NCBI GenBank assembly: GCA_964016885.1
Contig: OZ024743.1
Span: 15,748,001-15,812,000 of the forward strand
DNA: 64,000 bases
DNA from: Eledone cirrhosa
Lineage: Eukaryota
Direction of reading: 5' to 3'
The position numbers and the translations under genes are program-made. Below the pieces are notes generated by a model. That model saw only the letters and a program-made list of their open reading frames with translations, was not told the origin of the DNA and did no database searches. Shown here one piece after another: positions 54,899 through 64,000 of this stretch. Each line of letters starts with the position of its first letter. Position 1 is the first letter of the stretch.

Positions 54899-56570
54899 TG
54901 TTATGTTTTGGGAGGGTCATGTTGCCAATAAGAAACACACGCAAGAAGTTACTTTCACTTCAATTTATTATAAATTAAATTTATAAATTTCCGGTTGGTT
55001 GGTTGGTTCCACAACCAGACGATTGTTCATATATTGACAAAGTTCTTTCGTCACACATTATGTGACCTCTTCAGTGACTGGGGATTATTTTCTTTGTATT
55101 TGTGCCTCTCCTTTGTTCTGTCCTACACCATCTTGTTTTTGTGTGTGATGTGTGCTTAGTTTGCGCATGTGTTACATCCGGGTGTCTGTGTGTGTTTATA
55201 TTTGTTTATTTACATGTTACTGGTTGGTTGGTTGTTTTATGCGTGTGTGTGTTTTCATTTTGTCCTTAATTGTAAGTTGTTATGTTGCTGTTCCCTTCAT
55301 GTTTTCTATTTAATTTTGGTTGGAGTTCATTTATGTTTATTGTCTCTGTGATTTGTCTAAACATTACGTCTTTTCTGTGTGTAGATTCTATTTTTATTTC
55401 TATGTTCTCTAATTTACCCTTATGTTCTATTTTAGCATGTTGGTGGAGTACAGACGATTCTTTACTATCTTGAAGCTTTCGCCAGTGTTCAGTTATCCGT
55501 TCCCCTATACTACGAGCTGTCTCACATATGTACACTATATTCTTATCTCTACATTGTCCTTCAGTACATCTTATGCTATATACTACATTTCCAGTTTTAC
55601 AGTTAATATGGGGGCTTAGTTTACAGATTATATATTTCTTATCTATACAGGGAGGGCTTTGAAAAGGTTATGTATTGCTAATAAGTGTTTTTATGGAGGT
55701 AAATGGTCTTTCTACTATCTTAATATTGAGTTTATGTTTATCTAGGGCCCTTCTAAATTTGTAAGCTAATTCACCTCTAGGGGTTGTATCGATGAACATT
55801 ACACTCTGGTATTTATTTCTATCATACCACGAGTTTATTCTATTAAGCTTATTCCTAGTTCGTTCTATTCTATTCCAAAATTTGCTCCTATACAAGAGGC
55901 AGGTCCCATTTGTATCATTATTTACCATTTTTCCCCATTTGGTTCTGGCTCCTCTATATACTCTGATTTTATCTCTCTGATTGTAACCAAAGAACTGCAT
56001 ACGGTGATGAAGTGTTGTATGTGTCTCTCTAGTTCTTTGTGGTTGCACATGCGGGACACGTTTCTCATCACCCGTACCAAATCCGCAATCAGTATGTTGA
56101 TTTTGGTATGGACCGAAACAGCTGAGTTTCGGTGGATCAGATATTTGGAAGTCATAGGTTTGGCATAATGGGAATGGAGGATTTGTTTTTTGTTATTAAT
56201 GGTATCTAACCAGAGCTCTGTGTCTAGTACAGGTAATCGATGGTTGGGGTGTTTGCTTGGGTAGTCTATAGTAATTCTAATACTCTGGTGGATGGAGTTA
56301 GCTATTTGTTGGATGCTTTTCATGGTGTTTTTCTCTAATTCCTGACTGTTCTCTAGTGGGGGTGTTTTTACTACGATGTTTATATCATCAACGTAGCGGG
56401 AGTACATTATCAGGGTTAAGAGGTTGCTGTCTTCTAATTGTTCTTTAAGTTTATTCTCGCACCATACCATGAATAGGTTAGCTATGTCACCTGCAATGCT
56501 AACACCAATGTCTGCTCCCTCCTCTTGGGCATATGTTTTTCCATTAAATTTGAACATAAAACAACATAAA
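54899..56570 (-). mobile_element. Penelope-like element (RT plus GIY-YIG, frameshifted), with HHR at 55036-55078
   Basis: YAQEEGADIGVSIAGDIANLFM, YSRYVDD, LPVLDTELW, NVVYSIRC...YICETARSIGERITEH, PKLNRK; CUGAAGA-G-GUCACA-UAAUG-UGUGAC-GAAA. Confidence 0.9.
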
Positions 56571-56636
56571 GCATAACAATATCGGTTTAAACACACGTTT
56601 TCAGATGAAGAATCTTGCTAAACAAATTCAGAAACG

Positions 56637-56672
<36 letters not shown>

Positions 56673-56694
56673 ATGTATTAAAATAACAGATTAA

Positions 56695-56745
56695 AGTTCA
56701 AGCAAAAAATCGCTGCTTTCACCCCTAACGGGATCTTCTGAAACT
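56695..56745 (-). ncRNA. Hammerhead-like motif with CAGAAGA core
   Basis: AGUUU-CAGAAGA-UCCC-GUUA-GGGGU-GAAA-GCAG...UUGC-UU-GAACU. Confidence 0.5.
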
Positions 56746-56985
56746 AAAAATATCAAACGCAGAAGTAAATATTTCGAAATACGTTGCAACCAAAGGAAAA
56801 CAGGAAGACGATACTTTGATTCGTGAAGATGTTCCCTGGCAAGGAACGGAAAAAAGCGAAGATAATACGTCGTTATGTGGAGTGATGAGAACAATTACAC
56901 GCAAAGACAAAACCACGTTATGTTATAAATGAAGTCGTAGACTAATATTCTATTTAGGAAACAGAATGGTTCTCGGCAGAGTTAA

Positions 56986-57178
56986 GAATAATTGTTTCTA
57001 CTTTTGGCACAAGGCCAGAAATTATCCCAGTGTATTACTAGTACTTTATTTTATCGACCCCGTAAGGATGAAAGGCAAAGTTAAACTCGGCGGGATTTGA
57101 ACTCAGAACATAAAGGGCCGTAACTCTATGGTGCAAGGCATAGTGTCTGACCCTCTACCGATACTGCCATTCCACCAC
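56986..57178 (-). mobile_element. SINE family A, full length
   Basis: Reverse complement of the 9934-10121 type. Confidence 0.9.
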
Positions 57179-57473
57179 ACTAGAGTTAAGAATAATGTAA
57201 ATAAATTAGTAGAACGAAAATGACAGAGGTTATTGAAATCAATTATAATTAAATATATACACGCATCCATATACGTACATACACATGCATACGCGAAAAC
57301 ACCTGCCATGCATGCATATAGGAGCACGTACACATAAAACACGCACACATAGATAAACCCGCGTGACACCAGTATCCGCAGACATACGAACGTATACACC
57401 AAGTACACATAAAAAAATATATATATATGTGTGTGTGTATACATATAATTATATAGACGTATGACGATGCGTG

Positions 57474-57542
<69 letters not shown>

Positions 57543-57565
57543 ATTTATATTTATATATGTATATA

Positions 57566-57602
<37 letters not shown>

Positions 57603-57721
57603 TTATATATATATACATATATATATACATATATATATATTTATATATATATATATTTATATATATATATATATATATATATTTATTTATATATATATAC
57701 ATATATATATACATATATATA

Positions 57722-57828
<107 letters not shown>

Positions 57829-57829
57829 G

Positions 57830-59333
57830 TTTAAACAATTAAGTTAAAGTGTACATCTACATATGTATACGGAAGTATTAGTATGCATATAAATACACAT
57901 ATGTATACATATGTACATGTTCCGAGCTTTTCACTAGACACTTTGCAGTGAGTGTCTAGCTAGTCTGTATGTAAACACACAGACGAACCGGGTTTTAAAG
58001 TCATACGGGTTTTCAAGGAAACACACTTCCTCTATTCCCCAGAGAGCCAGACAGGAATATTGGACTAGTTTCGATGTTATTACATCTCATCAGCAATATA
58101 TACCTATCTTCTGGCTTCTCCGGAGAATTGTCAAAGCACATATCGTTATATGCTTTTTCTATGAAAATCAGTAGTGGGCAGACTAATTTGCATAGAACGT
58201 GAGTCATTGTACGCGCCGGTTCAGCGGAAACGATAAAAACAAATAACGAAACGAAATTAAATTTCGTTTCGCTTCTAACTCACTTTTGTATGACTGACGC
58301 TTAAACAATTAAGTTAAAGTGTACATCTACATATGTATACGGAAGTATTAGTATGCATATAAATACACATATGTATACATATGTACATGTACCGAGCTTT
58401 TCACTAGACACTTTGCAGTGAGTGTCTAGCTAGTCTGTATGTAAACACACAGACGAACCGGGTTTTATAGAAAAAGAATATAACGATATGTGCTTTTACA
58501 ATTCTCCGGAGAAGCCAGAAGATAGGTATATATTGCTGATGAGATGTAATAACATCGAAACTAGTCCAATATTCCTGTCTGGCTCTCTGGAGAATAGAGG
58601 AAGTGTGTTTCCTTGAAAACCCGTATGACTTTAAAACCCGGTTCGTCTGTGTGTTTACATACAGACTAGCTAGACACTCACTGCAAAGTGTCTAGTGAAA
58701 AGCTCGGTACATGTACATATGTATAAATATGTGTATTTATATGCATACTAATACTTCCGTATACATATGTAGATGTACACTTTAACTTAATTGTTTAAGC
58801 GTCAGTCATACAAAAGTGAGTTAGAAGCGAAACGAAATTTAATTTCGTTTCGTTATTTGTTTTTATCGTTTCCGCTGAACCGGCGCGTACAATGACTCAC
58901 GTTCTATGCAAATTAGTCTGCCCACTACTGATTTTCATAGAAAAAGCATATAACGATATGTGCTTTGACAATTCTCCGGAGAAGCCAGAAGATAGGTATA
59001 TATTGCTGATGAGATGTAATAACATCGAAACTAGTCCAATATTCCTGTCTGGCTCTCTGGAGAATAGAGGAAGTGTGTTTCCTTGAAAACCCGTATGACT
59101 TTAAAACCCGGTTCGTCTGTGTGTTTACATACAGACTAGCTAGACACTCACTGCAAAGTGTCTAGTGAAAAGCTCGGTACATGTACATATGTATAAATAT
59201 GTGTATTTATATGCATACTAATACTTCCGTATACATATGTAGATGTACACTTTAACTTAATTGTTTAAGCGTCAGTCATACAAAAGTGAGTTAGAAGCGA
59301 AACGAAATTTAATTTCGTTTCGTTATTTGTTTT
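57830..59333. mobile_element. Non-coding 470-nt HHR monomer, arranged in tandem and inverted
   Basis: Period 470 (57831/58301 and 58481/58951); orientation flips at about 58468. Confidence 0.92.
58530..58572 (+). ncRNA. Canonical minimal hammerhead (copies at 59000-59042 plus and 58057-58099 minus)
   Basis: AUAUUG-CUGAUGA-GAUGU-AAUA-ACAUC-GAAA-CUAG-UC-CAAUAU. Confidence 0.92.
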
Positions 59334-59635
59334 ATATATGTTTATATATATATATACATATATATATATTTACATATATATATATACATATATATATATT
59401 TACATATATATATATACATATATATATATGCATATATATATATATTTATATATATATATTTATATATATATATACATATATATACATATATATACATATA
59501 TATATATGTACATATATATATACACATATATATATATACATATATATATACATATATATATATACATATATATATACATATATATATATATACATATATA
59601 TATATACATATATATATATATACATATATATATAC

Positions 59636-59713
<78 letters not shown>

Positions 59714-59781
59714 ATATTTATATTTATATATATATATTAATTCTGGCAATATTACACAAATATGACCCTCCCCAAGTATAG

Positions 59782-59877
<96 letters not shown>

Positions 59878-59880
59878 GTA

Positions 59881-60607
59881 TGTATATATAATGTATTTTG
59901 CAATACACTTTATGCTAAATTAAAAGCATTTTGAAGACCGTAAGCTATTGTTTTTTAGAGTAGTGACAAATTCACTTACTTTGATCTCAGCAAACAGGAG
60001 AGATAAGCCGACAAGGCCTTGTTTCGCTTTTGTTGAAGCTTATCAAGGCTAACTACTCCCACCTGTCTACCGAGATCACTGATGTTATATTCTTATAGAA
60101 TTCTAGTAAATAATCAGGAGCTGATTATGCAGAGCGGTTGTTGGTCAGGCAGAAATTAAAAATTAGAATTGGAGCTCTGAGATAGCAATATATATATGGA
60201 TGTATATATAATGTATTTTGCAATACACTTTATGCTTAATTAAAAGCATTTTGAAGACCGTAAGCTATTGTTTTTTAGAGTAGTGACAAATTCACTTACT
60301 TTTTCTGCCTGACCAACAACCGCTCTGCATAATCAGCTCCTGATTATTTACTAGAATTCTATAAGAATATAACATCAGTGATCTCGGTAGACAGGTGGGA
60401 GTAGTTAGCCTTGATAAGCTTCAACAAAGCGAAACAAGGCCTTGTCGGCTTATCTCTCATGTTTGCTGAGATCAAAGTAAGTGAATTTGTCACTACTCTA
60501 AAAAACAATAGCTTACGGTCTTCAAAATGCTTTTAATTAAGCATAAAGTGTATTGCAAAATACATTATATATACATCCATATATATATTGCTATCTCAGA
60601 GCTTCAA

Positions 60608-60612
<5 letters not shown>
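59881..60612. mobile_element. Non-coding 320-nt HHR monomer, arranged in tandem and inverted
   Basis: Period 320 (59881/60201); orientation flips at about 60302. Confidence 0.9.
60407..60450 (+). ncRNA. Hammerhead ribozyme, U3-A8 core (mirror copy at 60006-60050, minus strand)
   Basis: AGCC-UUGAUAA-GCUU-CAACA-AAGC-GAAA-CAAGGCCUUG-UC-GGCU. Confidence 0.85.
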
Positions 60613-60659
<47 letters not shown>

Positions 60660-60696
60660 GTTAAAACGATCAAATTTTATTTTAGAACATTTATTA

Positions 60697-60741
60697 GCTG
60701 TCAATTGTTTCTTCCAGAGGGAAGTCTGGAATCATCGGAGC
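60697..60741 (-). ncRNA. Hammerhead-like motif with CCGAUGA core and GAC site (probably inactive)
   Basis: GCU-CCGAUGA-UUCCAGA-CUUCCC-UCUGGAA-GAAA-CAAUUG-AC-AGC. Confidence 0.6.
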
Positions 60742-61524
60742 ATAAGGAATGTCGAAACATGTTATTAAATCCTAGTCCTTTAGAATATTTAGGGTAAACA
60801 ATTGTTATTAGTGTCAAAGGAATCATGTGGAGAGTCAGGAGTTAAAAAGATGTTGAAAGAACACAATTACAGGCAGCACAGGTATAAGTAAAAAGCACAA
60901 GCAAAAACAAAAGCAAAAAAACACAGGCAAAAAAAGTTATAAGCAAGGACAATTTGTCTACAATGCAGGAGTCAATACAGTTAATAATGCATGTATGAGG
61001 AAAGAGTTAAAATGCGGTTAAAATAAACGAATTTTGTGTTGGTGTTAAAGCATGTTATAATTGTTTTAAATGTTTAAGATAGTGTGCAATTTGATAGAGA
61101 GCCATGTGGTGATGATGTAGTTATTTGTTATGTAAGGTGTGTATATATATATATATATATATATAAATTACCAAAGATTAATATGGTTCGTTGATTACTC
61201 AACGAATACAGTTTTACAATAGATTAGAAGCACTCAACAAGTAACTTTCCCTGGAGTTTTTAATACTGTTCAACATGTTAACAAATGAAAAATATTCGCA
61301 TAATCATAATATATACTTTATTATATATATTTCAAAGGTAATACGGGAATTGAATTATCAAGACCGTAGCAGTATGTCATATATCAAATCATATATTTTG
61401 TCTGATGAGGACGTACTGAAAAATAGCAGCACAGTACATGTGAAATATATATAATTAAGTATATATTTTGATTATGCGAATATTTTTCATTTGTTAATAT
61501 TTTGAATAATATATATATATTTAT

Positions 61525-61563
<39 letters not shown>

Positions 61564-61575
61564 GGAACGAATAGG

Positions 61576-61671
61576 ACCCCGACGGCTGAGCTCAAGCCGT
61601 TTCGACGGCTAATTCTGGACTAAATGAACATTTTTATCCTGGTATTTGAATAGCCGAGCTTCTCAAGGGGT
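61576..61671 (-). ncRNA. Hammerhead ribozyme, U3-A8 core
   Basis: ACCCC-UUGAGAA-GCUCGGCUA...UAGCCGUC-GAAA-CGGCUUGAGCUCAGCCG-UC-GGGGU. Confidence 0.8.
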
Positions 61672-62238
61672 AATTCATTATATGGTAAAAGTGATTGTCA
61701 CAAGGATTGGTAAAAAGTTTGTTGTTGAGACATAATAATTCTATGATGGCAATTTGTGGAAGGAAGGGGTAGATGAACCTTCCAGTAGGAGAAAGAGGGA
61801 GAGGGGGTGGAGGAGACCCATTCATGCGTTGATAGTGCCAACTACAGCTGGGTATGAGGTCAAAGAAGATACTAGGCAGGGGGAGGGGGAGGAAGTCGAA
61901 ACAATAAGTAGAACAATATGGGGTAAATATATAGAAAAATACCGAGAGTGTTAAAAAGCAATTAAATGTAAAAAAATAAATAAATAAACAATTTCTGGTT
62001 ACTACGACCTAAGTCTCTCACTGGTACTGCTAGGCTAAAGAAAGGTATACTAGGTGGGACGGAATTATAATGAGGCCCTTTTAAGAGGTATAAATAATAA
62101 ACCGAGTATATCTTACGGTGACGGGTCAACAAGTGAGGGGCCAAAATACTAAAGAAACTATCACGAAATAATAAATAAAGGTTTCTACCCCAGACACAAT
62201 GCCAACAATCACCCAATATATATATATATATATATGTC

Positions 62239-62441
<203 letters not shown>

Positions 62442-63108
62442 GTATCAAGGTAACAATCTCACAAAAGAAACATAATTCTGCTTTTCAGCCATCCATCCTG
62501 GGTTAAGTTTCAGTAGTAACGTTCGTATTCAATGTAAAAAAAAAACAGAATTTTAAGTAGAAACTAAGAGCAATGAGACTACAAAAATAATGGAAAAATA
62601 TAAAAATAAATATGCAAACCTTGGCATATAAACACGAACAATTAAATATAATACAGGCTGCCTGATATAAATCGAAGCAGACATAGCCGTTAAACTAGAT
62701 AACACAAAAGCATAACATAGAGAGAAAGGTGCTCGAGGCTATTAAGCTGGATTCTATTAGCAACAGGGAGTACCAGTTATCTCTAGAACAGTGTGAAATA
62801 GACGAGTTGGAAAGAAAGGAAGAGAATAGTCTTGGGTCAAAGTGTAGATGTAGATATCTCGGAGTGGGAAAAAGCAAAACAAGGCTTAGAAGTAATTTTG
62901 CAGTATTAAATATTACAATAAATCAAATGAAGAAGCCAGGAGGTATCCAACAAAACAAATGCAAAATTCCCCTTTTAAGCAAGTCATTTTGGATTGCGTT
63001 TCGGCAGTAAATACTGAACATAGACTCAAGAATTCTGTCATAGTGACCAGCTAAAATAGATTAGTTCCTGCTTAGAAGCTAAAAGACAATGTGAATGATA
63101 TATTCATG

Positions 63109-63139
<31 letters not shown>

Positions 63140-64000
63140 GTGTGTGTTTGCGAATCAAATTAATTTGGTAGACTAACATTTTCACATATCTGTAAAACAT
63201 AAATGCACACATATAATACCTGCCTACCTACATACATACATGCATGCTAAATTCGTTTTCTCGTGAGTCATATTCCAAGCCACATCAATCCTCTGTGGAA
63301 AACTATTTTCTGTTGGCATTTGGTCTGTTTCATATACAATGTATCAGATTCTTTTATTTGTCTAGGGGTTTTGCTTTCATTGGTCAATATGATAGTTGTT
63401 TATTTGCATATCGTCTTTCAGGTCATGCCTTGATTTTGTGAAATTGTTTATCTGTATATCAAATTTGTTGGCCAATTCAGCAGACATTCCGTTTTTGCAT
63501 TGCTATTGCATATTCTCACGTTTTGCTTAACTGAATCTTATTTTGCAAGAGTTTCTTTGTTTACTTATCACTTATTTGTTTGTTTGTTTGGTGATCGTCC
63601 TCTTTATGATTGGTGATTGCATCATTTATTATATTGTTCTGTCAGTTGTTCTGTCAGTTGTTATTGTGCAAGTGATGCTTCCAAATGTATTTGTTTTATG
63701 TTTTAGTTACCCTCTGCCTATGTCGTAAATTATTATTTCATGTGTAAATTCAAATGTGTACTTGAAATGATCTATGGCAAGGGATGCATTACTATATCAG
63801 ATTTTGTAAACTATTTTCCTTTCTGTGGGTAGCTTTAGAGCTTGAACCTAATTACATCCTTGCTTACTGATTGTTGTGTTGCATACGCAACTACAGTTAG
63901 TCATCATTTTATTACAAAAAAAAAATAATTTTAGAAACCAAAAAAATATATCACAAATATAGAGATGGATATTTCTCAGTATTTATTTTTATCCCTGAGA

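Noticed and set aside
58013-59086. Repeated 64-aa ORF MTHVLCKLV in the 470-nt monomer
   Set aside because: Short, no recognisable domain, overlaps the HHR, and identity is due to the repeat; coding cannot be supported
57830-60612. Inverted repeats as pure sequencing or amplification artefacts
   Set aside because: The same architecture recurs with diverged arms elsewhere in the window and is bounded by TA tracts; near-identical cases still merit a raw-read check
61399-61457. CUGAUGA...GUACUG/CAGUAC...GAAA-UAUAUAUA between 48-bp inverted arms
   Set aside because: Stem I and the base of stem II pair poorly, so it is not called as a ribozyme

Overview
AT-rich animal DNA with no supportable host gene; the SINE types and heavy (TA)n/(CA)n load suggest a cephalopod (Octopus-like) genome, which is an inference. 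Bases 1-13 kb hold old repeats, tRNA-derived SINEs and a 5'-truncated CR1-type LINE with an almost intact RT ORF. From about 13.3 to 62.5 kb the sequence is a series of (TA)n tracts that each carry an insert: Penelope-like element (PLE) fragments, RTE fragments, Tc1/mariner and Helitron relics. The main signal is about 30 type-I hammerhead ribozyme (HHR) motifs in roughly 20 different sequence contexts, identified by eye. Four families carry a compensatory U3-A8 core. Several HHRs sit in non-coding 320-591 nt monomers inserted as partial head-to-tail tandems, often folded back as inverted repeats. This is the pattern expected of retrozyme-like circular RNAs copied by PLE machinery into TA microsatellites. 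All folds and boundaries are manual estimates.
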